This document shows, piece after piece, positions 28,800 to 40,564 of a DNA stretch of 64,000 bases. Within the stretch, counting starts at the first letter, position 1. Each line of letters begins with the position of its first letter. The position numbers and the translations under genes are program-made. The notes beneath the pieces were generated by a model that was not told where the DNA came from, searched no databases, and was given only the letters and a program-made list of their open reading frames with translations. The stretch spans positions 62,001 to 126,000 of the forward strand of contig CBFDEM010000014.1 of assembly GCA_965603825.1 (NCBI GenBank), written 5' to 3'. The DNA is from Blepharisma stoltei ATCC 30299. Its lineage: Eukaryota > Protista > Ciliophora.

Positions 28800-30419
28800 T
28801 TAATTTTTTTTCAAGTAAACTTGGAATAATGATAAAACTCCACTTGTCAGCAGGGCAAATATTTTTGATAAAAATTTAGAGTCAGCTGTTAGCCCCATAA
28901 TTTTTACTGGCCTAACCTTTTCATCTTGCTCTAGCTTCCTATCAACTAAATTCAAAGCTTGATAAACTTTATTATCAAGTCCATTTTCAGTGTTTCTTAA
29001 ATGCAGTATATTACTACACATTTCTACAATAAAGTCTCTATGAATATTTATTGTATCATTTATTTGAGAGCCAATTAAAATCATCCAAAATATTAAACTC
29101 AGACTTGTAAAAGCAAGAAAAATTACCCCAATCATTGCAGGAATGCTTATAATTTGTATCATTCCAAAAAACTGAATAATTAAAAAAGAAATAATTAAAG
29201 TGCATAAAGGAAAAATCAAGGAAGCATAAATAAAGATCCTATAAGTATATCTTTTCCCAAAATCCAAAAACGCTGTTCTCATAGTATACCAAGAATCAAT
29301 AGTCCTAATATCATTGAAATCTAGCCTAGGAATTTTATATTCTTTCAAAATTTTGCAATAAGTTTCTCTTTTGCTAATTAAAGCACTGATTTGACTCATA
29401 AGAAACTTTTTTCTTCTCATATCAACGATCCCAGTAATTATATATTTTATGAAAACTTTTGCGACATGATATGCTAAATATAAAGAATAAAACACATAAA
29501 AAATTTCAGCAATACCAAACTCGAGTTTTTTAGCACCAAATTGAATAAAAATTGATAATATTGGGCTGAGTCCATAAAAAAGCCCAATTAATTCTGGAAG
29601 CCAATTGTCTGCCCTTGAAATGCTTTTAGGTACTGAAAAATCAATTAGAATTTGGGCAAAGACCATAGTAGGGATGCATGGCTTATTATCAGCATGTGAA
29701 AGATACTTTATATCATGACGAATTTCTATATTATATCCACTCTTACTTTTATTTATCAGATCTTTGAATTCTTTTGATATTTCAGTTTCAAAAACAATAC
29801 ACAATTCATCAGGAGAACGACTGCATCTTCCAAAACTTTTCAAAATTTCATGCAGTATAATATCAGATGGAATTTTTCGTCAGCCAACTAGGATTAATTG
29901 GCTTCTTAAGACTTCAAGCTCAAGTTCTTCATCATTCATCATCTGCCAAAATTCTTTAGTATAAAAGCCATATTTAATAGAGACCAGGATTGTTTTTATT
30001 ACAATGATTGTTTTTGTAGCTAAAATCAAGCTAAGGAGGATCATAAATTGGGAAGAATTAAATATAAGGAAATTTATAGTGTAAAATATTCAGCTCCAAG
30101 CCATAAATTCTCCTTTATAAAATGGGTGCCAGTTGAAACCCATATTTGTGCACAAATTTTTCCCAAAAAGTCATCATAGCAAGGGTATTGAAATAGGCCC
30201 AAAAAGTGCATGAATAAAATGAATTGCTAATGCTATCAGTGTATGCTTATAAAAATAAGTTATTTCTAATTTTAATTCTTCATTGATATCGCTTAAAGAG
30301 CTGAATTCGCTTCGATTTGTTCGGAATAATTGATTTTCTTCACTGCTATTTTTAATTCCTGAATCTATAGCTTCAACAAAGGTTTCTGGCAAAATTGCAG
30401 CGTTGGAGTTACCATTCAT
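28800..30419 (-). CDS. Multi-pass membrane protein of unknown function (~539 aa)
   Basis: ORFs 30174..30419 and 28800..29843 share a frame across TGA codons, including tandem TGA-TGA at 30171-30176. Several hydrophobic helices are present. Confidence 0.8.
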
Positions 30420-31348
30420 GGATTTATTTATTATAAAAATTGGAAAATTTAGTGGATTTTGAAATTTAATAAAAATTGGTTTATAATTGCGGGTGTTTTT
30501 TAAAAATTGATTTAAATGAAATATTTATTTAAGATTTTGGTGATAATTGCATTCTTAAAAGAATTATTTCTGTTACATTTTTAAAATTAAAATTTGATAA
30601 TTGTACACGTGAAGTTTAATTGTTAGATATAAAGCTGAAATTGTGTATTAATTGCAATTAAAGTATAAAAGAATTAGTGCAAAATTGCGGATAAGATTAA
30701 ACTATGAGTAATTCTTGCAATCTATAAAATCAGAGCAATTCAAGATATAGATAAACTTTTATTTGCTAATTTTTTATCCATTACTCAAAATACATAAGAA
30801 TATTTTCAATTCCCTAGTGTTTATCCAGACTCACAGCATGCACTAAGAGTCTTCTTGTAATCTAGCTTATATTTTTAACTAGCTTAAGAATAAAAAAATT
30901 ATAAATCAAAAACTTCATATAATTGCTTTGACTTCCAATGAATCTCCGACTAAATATCTATAATGATAACATACTATTTTCATTAAATCAAACTTAATTT
31001 ATTGAAAATCATGCATATTTATAATTTTAAGCTTAGCTAATTCAATATAAAGATATTTAAAATAAAACTCTTTTGGCTACTTTTTGTTTTAAAATCTTTG
31101 TTGCTAATTTTCACCTCAATTGTATTTTTGCTGCCAATATATTTTATTACTTCAAGTCTTTTTAATTATCTCAGCTTGCTACAGACTTATTGATTCATGA
31201 TATACACATCATGTATTTCAAAAATTAGACACTCGAGGAAACGTTAATTAAACTATTCCTGCATGAACTGAATTATTAAACAAAATTCTGATATCAAAAA
31301 AAAAATTTTAAAAAAAACATTATAAAATCAATAAATAGAAACATTTAT

Positions 31349-32149
31349 ATGATGCTTTTCAAAAGTGAGCCAATCTCAAAAGAATTGAAATACTCAAAAA
31401 GTGTAAATAGCATGAAAACTACAACCTCAATCAAAATTGATGCTAAACCAAGAAACTCATTAAAATTGCCAGAAAGAAAAAAATCAGTCGACATTACAGC
31501 ATGCTCTATAAGTATTTTAGACGAAAATTGTACATTTACTGAAATAAAATTATCTCCCCTTGGATTTTCAATCCCTTCTAAAAATTTTCCAGTTATTCCA
31601 ATAAATCCCTTTCAAAAAAATGGAGCTCCCAAACAAAGAAATTCTTATAGTTTTAGCAAAAATGCTAGTTTTGATAATTTGAATATAAAAGAGCAGAGAA
31701 GATCTTTGTCAGAAAAATGAAACCAAATTAATGTTTCCCAAATGTCAGAAAGCTTTGAGAAACCATTAAATAAAAGCGTTAAAGGCTGGATTACAATTAA
31801 TAATGCACCCGCCATACCAAATCAGCCATTTAAGTCAAAATGTAAAAAAATCAACCCTTTAGTATTTTTAAAGCCTCACAATAATTTAAGAAAATCCCAA
31901 GGACTTACATCTGATAAAATTGAGATCATTGAAAAGACTTTCAAGCAAAAAGAAATTTTCTTAAAAAAAATAGAAAATTTAGTAGTAGATGCGAATTTAA
32001 AGGAAAAAGGAATTATTAAGAAAACTAAACGAAGAACCAAAAAAGCATTGAAAGCAGCTAATGTGTATGAGTTTGCTGTCTCTTTAGATAAATTTGCTAA
32101 AGAAGGGATTAAAGAATACCACGTTCCAGCATATGAGTATTGTAAGTAG
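31349..32149 (+). CDS. Lys/Ser-rich hypothetical protein (gene A, copy 1; 266 aa)
   Basis: ORFs 31349..31720 and 31742..32149 are in frame across one TGA; ends TAG. Confidence 0.75.
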
Positions 32150-32261
32150 ATTGCAATTAATAATTCTAAACAGACACCAGTTTAATAAATAGATAATCAT
32201 TATATTTTTTAAGCCTTTTCAATAGATTATATATTTTTAGCATAATTTTTGGACCATAAAA

Positions 32262-33302
32262 ATGATGCATTTTATATTCTTTTACAGCTTCTTCTTTGGC
32301 TGTAACTGGTTTTTATGCCTCTGCTATAAATTAGTATACAATCAGTGGGCTGGACTCTGCGAAATATTCATTTGAATATTTATAAATACTGGAATTTTTT
32401 ATTACCTTGCTCCTGCAGAAAAAACTATTGATGAAATTGGAATTTCGCATATGGATATTGCTTTAACCTCCGAACAGCCTACATTTATAGGCGATTTGGC
32501 TGAAAATAATTGAAAATTGTCCTTAGAATCTTTGAATTTGAATAATCTAATACCTATCATATTGCTCCTCTGAGTCTTTATCTGGCAATCAACTAATCCA
32601 AGTCAAAAAATACTCTTCTCGCACTTTCTTATATTTTTAGATACAAGCTTCGCGAATTATTACATAGGTAGCAATACCTGGGAAATTAATTTATCAAAAA
32701 TTATTTTTTCAATTTTTATGATGATCTTCACATTTAATTATTTTCTCAGAAAATATGATGCAAGTGTCGAAAAAAATGAAAATCAAATTATTTTAGGCTT
32801 CATTTTCAATACAGCTTGGCTCTGTATTACGATATTTACTCGTTCTAATCATTTTTTGAGTATTGAAACATATGAATGGTTTATGCCTGCAACAATGAAG
32901 ATGTTTGAAGAAGTCTTGGTGAACTTTTTTTCTTTAATTTTTGTACTGTGTTTGATGTGAATTACACAATCAATACTTGATGAATTAGAAATCAATTTAT
33001 ATATATCAGAATCTAGAGTATTTTGACGAAGAGAACTTTCAAATATATTGATGGACGATTTGTGAAACATTTTTTGACTAATTTTTATCAGTCTCATTAT
33101 GTTTAGCATTCACTGGGGTCTAGAAAAAATTTATTTTAGCCCATTGATTCTTACTGAAGGGTTTATTATGATATTTTCTTGAATTTTATCGTATTTTTGA
33201 TATGATGGAGATGTTGACAATCCGAATAAATTATACAGTAATATAGCAGCAATTTATTTGGATATTTGTGCATTTAGATGGATTTTATCTTTCACCGCTT
33301 AG
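32262..33302 (+). CDS. Multi-pass membrane protein (gene B, copy 1; 346 aa)
   Basis: ATG 32262 to TAG 33302 is open when TGA=Trp; hydrophobic; same length as copy 2. Confidence 0.8.
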
Positions 33303-33514
33303 AATTAATTAAATATATCCATTTTTTATTATAAGCTTACTAGTTTGTATTATTATGCTTGGATACTTTATTTTACTAGCAGGATATGATTTCTCAATTA
33401 TAAAAATGGTTTATTAATTTTAAATATAAGAAAAATCATGGATTTATTGAATCTTAATAATATTTAAAATAATTTATTTTATTTAATTTTAATATATAGT
33501 CTCGAATTCAAACA

Positions 33515-33735
33515 TTGCGGCTGATAAAGAAGTATCCCTTGGTGCAGCTGAAAGATCCCTTTTCAACTTGTCTCCCATTTACCCATGATGAAAAATACTC
33601 CCCCATGATTTAACTTTGTTGATCAGCTATTATGTCCCACCTTAAAACCTAAGAATTCACACACATGACACCTCGCTCTCTTCCTTAATGTCTCTAGTTC
33701 ATAATTTCAGACCGATTGATCACGCTGTTTTATAC
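33515..33735 (-). mobile_element. Possible decayed non-LTR reverse-transcriptase fragment at the duplication junction
   Basis: Unique, less AT-rich insert. Broken-frame peptides SV.NYELETLRKRA and GSFSCTKG..TSLSAAMF recall RT motifs (AYDSV...L.KR; GxxQGxxLSPxxF). Confidence 0.28.
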
Positions 33736-33771
33736 ATTAATAATATAAAATCAATAAATAGAAACGTTTAT

Positions 33772-34599
33772 ATGATGCTTTTCAAAAGTGAGCCATCTCA
33801 AAAGAATTGAAATACTCAAAAAGTGTAAATAGCATAAAAACTACAGCCTCAATCAAAATTGATGCTAAACCAAGAAACTCATTAAAATTGCCAGAAAGAA
33901 AAAAATCAGTTGACATTACAGCATGCTCTATAAGTATTTTAGACGAAAATTGTACATTTACTGAAATAAAATTATCTCCCCTTGGATTTTCAATCCCTTC
34001 TAAAAATTTTCCAGTTATTCCAATAAATCCCTTTCAAAAAAATGGAGCTCCCAAACAAAGAAATTCTTATAGTTTTAGCAAAAATGCTAGTTTTGATAAT
34101 TTGAATATAAAAGAGCAGCGACGATCTTTTAGAAAAATGAAACCAAATTAATGTTTCTCAAATGTCAGAAAGCTTTGAGACACCATCAAATAAAAGCGTC
34201 ATAGGCTGGATTACGATTAATAATGCACCCGCCTTACCAAATCAGCCATTTAAGTCAAGATGTAAAAAAATCAACCCTTTAGTATTTTTAAAACTGCACA
34301 ATAATTTAAGAAAATCCCAAGGACTTACATCTGATAAAATTGAGATTATTGAAAAAACTTTTAAGCAAAAAGAAATTTTCTTAAAAATAATAGAAAATTT
34401 AGTAGTATGCGAATTTAAAGGAAAAAGGAATTATTAGGAAAAGTAAACGAAGAGCTAAAGAATCATTAAGAAAAGTAAACGAAGAGCTAAAAAAGCATTG
34501 AAAGCAGAGAATGTGTATGAGTTTGCTGTTTCTTTAGACATATTTGCTAAAGAAGGGATTAAAGAATGCCACGTTCCAACATACGAGCATTGTAAGTAA
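33772..34599 (+). pseudogene. Frameshifted copy of gene A
   Basis: Relative to copy 1: a 1-bp deletion at ~33795, 2-bp deletions at ~34129 and ~34407, and a 32-bp tandem duplication at 34433-34496. Confidence 0.75.
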
Positions 34600-34743
34600 A
34601 ATGCTTTTAAATAATTCTAAATGACATTAGTTTAATATTTCTATTTAATATATAGGCTATCATTATATATTTTAGGCTTATTCAATAAATATATTCAAAC
34701 AAATTTTTTACTAGATAATGATTGAATTATTTATTTAATAAAA

Positions 34744-35784
34744 ATGTGGTATGTTATATGCTTTTACAGCTTTTTCTTTGGCTGTAATGGGCTTTTATGC
34801 CTCTGCTATAAATTCGTTCATAGCCAATGGGTTGGACTCTGCGAAATATTCATTTGAATATTTATAAATATTGGAATTTTTTATTACTTTGCTCCTGAAG
34901 AAAATGCTTTTGATGAAATTAGAAAATCTTATATGGATATTGCTTTAACCTTCGAACAGCCTACATTTATAGGAAATTTAAATGAAAATAATTGGAAATT
35001 TTCCTTAGAATCTTTGAATTTTAACAATCTAATAACCATCATATTATTCCTATTAGTCTTCATCAGGCAATCAATTGATCCAAGTCAAAAAATACTCATC
35101 TCACATTTTCTTATATTTTTAGACACAAGCTTCGCGAATTATTACATAGACAGCAATACCTGGGAAATTAATTTATCAAAAATTATTTTCTCAATTTTTA
35201 TGATGGTCTTCACATATATTTATTTTCTCACAAATAATGGTATAAGTGTCAAAAATAATGAAAATAAAATTATTATCTGTTTCATTCTCAATACAGCTTG
35301 GCTCATTTTTACGGTATTTACTCATTCTTATCGATTTTTAAGTACTGAAGCATATGAATGACTTATACCTGCAGCAAAGAAGATTTTGGAAGAAATCATG
35401 ATGAACTTTGTTTCTTTGCCTTTTCTACTTTGTTTTGCATGTATTACAAAATCAATACTTGATGCATTAGAAATGAATTCATATATACCGGTACCTAAAG
35501 TATTTTGGCCAAAAAAATTTTTACGTATATTGATGGACGATATAGGAAGAATTCTTGGACTAGTTTTTGTTTGTTTCCTTATGCTTGGCATTCACTGAGG
35601 TCTAGAAATAATTTATTTTTGTCCAAAAATCCTTACTGAAGGGTTTATAATGATATTTTCTGAGATTTTATCGTATTTTTTGTATAATAGAAATAGGCCC
35701 ATTTCGGGGGAATTAGACAATAATTTAGTAGCATTTTATTTGGAAATTAGTGCATTTAGATGGATTTTGTCTTTTGTATCTTAA
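34744..35784 (+). CDS. Multi-pass membrane protein (gene B, copy 2; 346 aa)
   Basis: ATG 34744 to TAA 35784 is open with TGA=Trp and aligns without indels to copy 1. Confidence 0.8.
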
Positions 35785-36325
35785 GATTATTTAAATATAT
35801 GCATTTTCTATTATAAGTTCACTATTTAGTATTATATTATACTTGCGATACTTTATTTTGCCAGTAGGATAAGATACCTCAATTATGAAAATGGTTTATT
35901 AATTTCAAATATAAGAAAAATCATAGACTTATTGAATCTAAATAATATCTAACATATTTTTATTTTATTTAATTTAAAAATCAATTTTCCTGCTAATTTT
36001 AATATATACATTCTCCTTTTATACAGAGTCTTTTCATGAATTAATAAAGACTTGACTATATAAGTAATTTATCCAGTGAAATAGGGACATTTAATTCATA
36101 TATAATTATCTGTCATTTTTATAAGCATTTATTCCCCAGTTATTTTTTCCTCAACAAATTTCATTTAAAACTCCCTCAAAATTGCTATCTAAATCTGAGC
36201 ATCTTCCAAACTTCATTTTTTTATGTGAAACTCTCAATTTTCTGACAAAACTCAAAATAAAAAATCAAAAATTAAAGGATTTTTAATTGAATTTATACAC
36301 ATTATTTATTTATCGATATGTCTAC

Positions 36326-37111
36326 TTAACTAACCTCAATGTTCATCTCTGTCTTTATCTTTTTCCTGGGGTTTCCTTCAGGATTCACCTTCCTTGCTTT
36401 AATCACCAAGTTATCAATAATTAGCGGTTTTATACTTGGCATTCCTACCGGATTTACAACAAGGAAAAAGCACCCATTGCGAAAATGTGACGTGACTTCT
36501 TTTATCACGATTTTACTGAAAACTATTTGGCTTGAACTTTCCACCTCTACCGTCCCTCTCATGATTTTGTCCCCAGATGTATTAATTGTTAACACCTTTG
36601 GAGGGTTTTCTGACGTAAAAAGCATAATTTTGAATTGTACATGGTCTGCAAGTTGTACTTCATTTCCCTGCAAATCAACAATTTGAGCTGTGAGTGTGAA
36701 AGCTCTTTCTTTGAAAACAGGGCTTGGGATTTCACTTGTCAACTTAATAGAGTATTGAAACTCCGCAGTACTTCCACATAAAGTTGACAAAAGGCTTCGT
36801 GAAGATGTAGATTCTTCAGGTAATTCAACAAGGGGAAGACCAGTATCTTTTGGTCCTAGTGATTCTAGCTTGGCAAGGACACAAGCCAGCTTTTTGTTAG
36901 TGACTTCGTTTTGTTCAGCCAGCATTCTGATTATGGTCGACTGTTGCTGAAGGATGTGGACCAGGCAATTTGGTGGCATCGAAGTTTTGGGCAGCCTCAT
37001 TGGCTGAGGGCAAACAATTCCTTGTACAGGGGTAAACCCTTTGCATGGAGCGTTTTCAGGGCAGCAGCAGGTTCCCTCACCTTCTTTGCATTCAACATTA
37101 AACTTGCACAT
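36326..37111 (-). CDS. Hypothetical protein: Cys-rich N-terminus, short coiled coil, beta-rich C-terminal domain, basic NLS-like tail; candidate transcription factor
   Basis: Intact 261-aa ORF with PRKKIK. The C-terminal domain pattern recalls Ig-fold DNA-binding domains (CBP60/CudA-like), which is an inference. Confidence 0.7.
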   Translation of the reverse strand: MCKFNVECKEGEGTCCCPENAPCKGFTPVQGIVCPQPMRLPKTSMPPNCLVHILQQQSTIIRMLAEQNEVTNKKLACVLAKLESLGPKDTGLPLVELPEESTSSRSLLSTLCGSTAEFQYSIKLTSEIPSPVFKERAFTLTAQIVDLQGNEVQLADHVQFKIMLFTSENPPKVLTINTSGDKIMRGTVEVESSSQIVFSKIVIKEVTSHFRNGCFFLVVNPVGMPSIKPLIIDNLVIKARKVNPEGNPRKKIKTEMNIEVS

Positions 37112-38158
37112 ATTTTATTATTACACTTGTGATGATCAACTTTTACGAAAATGGTTGTTGATGGCTATAAATGAATAATTCGACAATAAAATTAGGAAGG
37201 AATTATAATTTGAATTAATTTAGTTGAATAAATAGTTCAGTAAAGGGTAAAGTTTAAGTTTATAAGAATAATTCATGACCGAATTTTAAAGTTTGTATAA
37301 AGAATTTGGAAACAAAAAGAAAAACTGAGATTTTAATCGGTTTCTGTTGTGATAAGAAAGCGGATAAATGTGGAAGTCTTGAGCTGCTGGTTAAATGGAT
37401 TATTTAAGTGCCTAGAAAGTGAAGTAGTTATCATGATTTTAACAACACCTTTTAAAATTTCTTATGAAAGTTGTAATAGTAATAAGCCATCAGAAAATAC
37501 TTCTAGTAAACATATTGAATTGAAATTATTATTCAAAAATGGTCTTCGTTATAATCCAGTATTATCGCTGCGAAATAGAGTTTAGCTATTTATATTAGAA
37601 AAATTTCATCAACATTTATCAATAATTTTGGTAAATTTAAAATAAGCTTGAAAATAAGTATTAATTACTATGGAAAACATTTTATTTTTTAATAAGCCCG
37701 CTGTCAGTTATGCTTTAGCTTAAAATTGGCTAAATAAGCTATAAAGGAATTTTAATTATAATTATGCAATTTTTATATAGAATATTCTAGAAATGCGGCA
37801 AAAATTTTGCCTGAGCTTATCTCGGCTATAGAAATGGAGACATAATGGTCCACTACCAGAATATTATTGAATAAAAACAAATTTGACTGAGTCTTAGCAA
37901 GTTCAAAGTCCGCCTTATATGCAAGATATATTACCTATGATTTTTTCTAAGAATTATTTGTTTATGAAAAGTATTTTATTTTATTGTTAATATTTTTCTA
38001 GTTCTTCACATAAGTAAAATATTTAACATACAACGTTTAATTTGTAAAGAAAAGTCACAAATAGAAAAAATAAAAATTTCTATTTACCTCTTAAAAATAA
38101 GCAAAAAATAAATAGCCATTTTTACATAAAATTAATCCTAAGTTAATCGTTTGCTTAT

Positions 38159-39805
38159 TTAAAGTTTTGGGTCTGGCATTGAGAGCCAAAAATGCTGCTG
38201 AGGCTTTTTCCCAGCATTTGGGTCAATGCACACATTAACCACTCTGACCCCTTTAGTCGCTGTAGCCTTCTTCATAACTTCTTCTAATTCTTTCAAATTT
38301 TTGGCTCTATATCCAATTCCTCCTAATGCTTCAGTCAATTTTTCATATTGAGTAGCTGGGTTTAATGCATTTGGTCTAATTTCTTTAGGATCTTCAGGCA
38401 GACTGTCAACCCCAAATGCAATTCCATTATTGTTAATAATGACGATAAGCATATCAAGCTTAAACCTAGTCGCTGTCTCTATCTCCATTGCGCTAAACCC
38501 AAATGACGAATCTCCTACAATAGCAAAAATTTCTTTATCTGGATTAATAGCTTTTGCGGCGATACATGCAGGAATTGCCACTCCCATAGTTCCAAAAGAC
38601 CCTGCATCAAGCCTAGCTCTAGGAAGATAGCTTGGGACTACAGTTCTAGCAATATCCATTGTATTTGAGCCTTCTATGACTAAAATTGCATCTTTTCTAA
38701 TAAATTCGTTAACTTTATTCAAAGAATTGTAATAATTAAATTCAGGAGCATTGGTAAAATCTTGTGAAAGCTGATTATTTTTCTTTATAGAAGCATTAAT
38801 TTTTGCCCACCATTCTTGGCTTGCAAATTTCCAATTTCCTAGCCCTGCGATAAGCTGAGGTATAGCTAATGATAAATCAGCATGAATAGATACCGCATCT
38901 CTTACATTATTACTCAGCTGGTGAGGGTCAATATTAATTTGTATGAATTTTACATTTGGGTTAAAGCGAGGAGGGAGCCCAAAATGAAGAATCCAGTTAA
39001 GTCTAGCCCCAAGCAATAAAATTATATCAGCGTTTCCTAATACTGTAGAACGGGCTGGGGATACACAAAATTCAGAGGAATCTGGGATAATTCCTTTCCC
39101 CATAGGTGTCGGCAAATAAGGAAGCCCTGTGTTTGATATCAATTCATTAACACTAGTCTCAGCTCTAGCATATGCGACCCCTTTTCCTACAATAACCAGT
39201 GGATTTTTTGCATTTTTTAGCAATAAAATAGCTTCCTTTATGCACTCAGGATTCCCCATAGGCCCTAAAAGTTTGTTAAAATAAGGCAAGTAAGCTGGCT
39301 CTTCAGGAATAGTCGCTCTTAAAATGTCAGCTGGCAAATCAATATAAACAGGCCCAGGCCGTCCACTCATACTGATTCTGAAGGCTCTTTCAATTACTCT
39401 TGGTATCATTTCTAGGCATGTGACCCTGATGCTCCATTTTACAAATTCTCTGGCAGCTTCAGCTTGATCGAATTCTTGAAATGCGTCACGGCCAAGCTGG
39501 GCGACTTCAGAAGACCCTGAAATAAGGATCATTGGCCAAGAATTGTCTCGGGCATTTGCTAAACCACTAAGGGCATTTGTAAAGCCAGGACCGCTTACAG
39601 TTGCGCAGATTCCTGGTCTTTGAGTTAAATATCCTTCAATTCCTGCAGCATAGGCAGCACCTTGTTCGTTTCTAAAGGCGATCCATTGAATGCCTTCTTG
39701 ATGAAATGTCATAGCCATCTCAATGATGGGGAAGCCCATAATCCCATAGCATTTTTTCACTCCTTGAGACTGGAGAGCTTTAGCAACGATGAGATTTGTT
39801 GACAT
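38159..39805 (-). CDS. HACL1: 2-hydroxyacyl-CoA lyase / oxalyl-CoA decarboxylase family TPP enzyme, peroxisomal
   Basis: FRNEQGAAYAAG, VSGPGFTNAL.GLANA, RLDAGSFGTMGV and the TPP motif GDSSFGFSAMEIET..NNNG; C-terminal PKL is PTS1-like. The likely start is MSTNL at 39805. Confidence 0.93.
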   Translation of the reverse strand: MSTNLIVAKALQSQGVKKCYGIMGFPIIEMAMTFHQEGIQWIAFRNEQGAAYAAGIEGYLTQRPGICATVSGPGFTNALSGLANARDNSWPMILISGSSEVAQLGRDAFQEFDQAEAAREFVKWSIRVTCLEMIPRVIERAFRISMSGRPGPVYIDLPADILRATIPEEPAYLPYFNKLLGPMGNPECIKEAILLLKNAKNPLVIVGKGVAYARAETSVNELISNTGLPYLPTPMGKGIIPDSSEFCVSPARSTVLGNADIILLLGARLNWILHFGLPPRFNPNVKFIQINIDPHQLSNNVRDAVSIHADLSLAIPQLIAGLGNWKFASQEWWAKINASIKKNNQLSQDFTNAPEFNYYNSLNKVNEFIRKDAILVIEGSNTMDIARTVVPSYLPRARLDAGSFGTMGVAIPACIAAKAINPDKEIFAIVGDSSFGFSAMEIETATRFKLDMLIVIINNNGIAFGVDSLPEDPKEIRPNALNPATQYEKLTEALGGIGYRAKNLKELEEVMKKATATKGVRVVNVCIDPNAGKKPQQHFWLSMPDPKL

Positions 39806-39937
39806 TTTATATATTAATATGCATAATAACAGAGTTTTAAATTCACTTTGCTGACCCTCAATTACCAGCATTTCTACGAGTCAACAGTAAATAAAATTAT
39901 TTTTGGAGTAAAATAAATGCATTTAGCGTTTTTAGGA

Positions 39938-40564
39938 CTAATATAACGGTCTTCCCACATATGGCAAGGATTTAAAAGGCAGCTGAGGGACAAAGCTGGC
40001 AACTTTGTTTGGCGCTATTTCTTGGTAATATGTGCAAGGCCTGTCAATGTCATTATAGCTAGGTATGAATACGTCTAAAAAAACTGAATTCTCAAGAGCT
40101 TGAATCTGATGCAGATTTCCACGCTTCGGAGTTAGAAATAAAAGTTCACCTCCTCTAGCTTCTCCTTCCATACATAGAGATAAATTAATAACACCTCCTC
40201 GTTCTCTTGATAAAATGTCATAATTCCGATACTGCAGTCTACCAGAAAGCACAAACGTAGCTGCAAGCATTGAAGGATGGTCATGAATGGGAAAATTACA
40301 TCCGGTACTCATGCCAAACAGACCCATTGAGAGTTCTGGGGTTTCTATCAATTCTGTATAGACTATACATCGTGGTGTATAGTAATTTCCAGGGGTAAAG
40401 CCAACGTCTAAATGAGTTAAAGAGCGGAATTTTCTCTCGAGTTCTGAAATTGCCGTATTTGAGCGATTAGTTTCAACTTCTGCAATCAGAGCTTGAAGCG
40501 CATTGGAATCAGTCGCCAGCCTCCAGCAGGAATAATAGAGAGACTGCATGTTGTTTCTATCCAT
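39938..40564 (-). CDS. ADO: Cysteamine dioxygenase / plant cysteine oxidase family thiol dioxygenase
   Basis: Cupin motifs PIHDHPSM..FVLSG, LTPKRGNLHQI.A...FLDVF.PSY and RPCTYY. Confidence 0.9.
   Translation of the reverse strand: MDRNNMQSLYYSCWRLATDSNALQALIAEVETNRSNTAISELERKFRSLTHLDVGFTPGNYYTPRCIVYTELIETPELSMGLFGMSTGCNFPIHDHPSMLAATFVLSGRLQYRNYDILSRERGGVINLSLCMEGEARGGELLFLTPKRGNLHQIQALENSVFLDVFIPSYNDIDRPCTYYQEIAPNKVASFVPQLPFKSLPYVGRPLY

Larger units (their letters stand above)
31321..35975 (+). repeat. Tandem segmental duplication: ~31321-33490 and ~33744-35975, each carrying gene A and gene B
   Basis: Collinear similarity spans the 5' flank, both genes and the 3' flank. Confidence 0.95.

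Noticed and set aside
33772-34599. Programmed ribosomal frameshifting in gene A copy 2
   Set aside because: Several different indels relative to an intact paralogue and no consistent slippery motif; decay is the simpler explanation.
37349-37585. ORFs 37349..37585, 25446..25649, 9314..9568 and 1408..1647
   Set aside because: Short, no recognisable motifs, and in intergenic or decayed sequence; unsupported as genes.
39806-39871. N-terminal extensions given by the ORF track (HACL1 from 39871, DPM1 from 4583, UGT from 47476)
   Set aside because: The extensions are AT-rich leader sequence or start at TTG; the downstream ATGs fit the family N-termini better.
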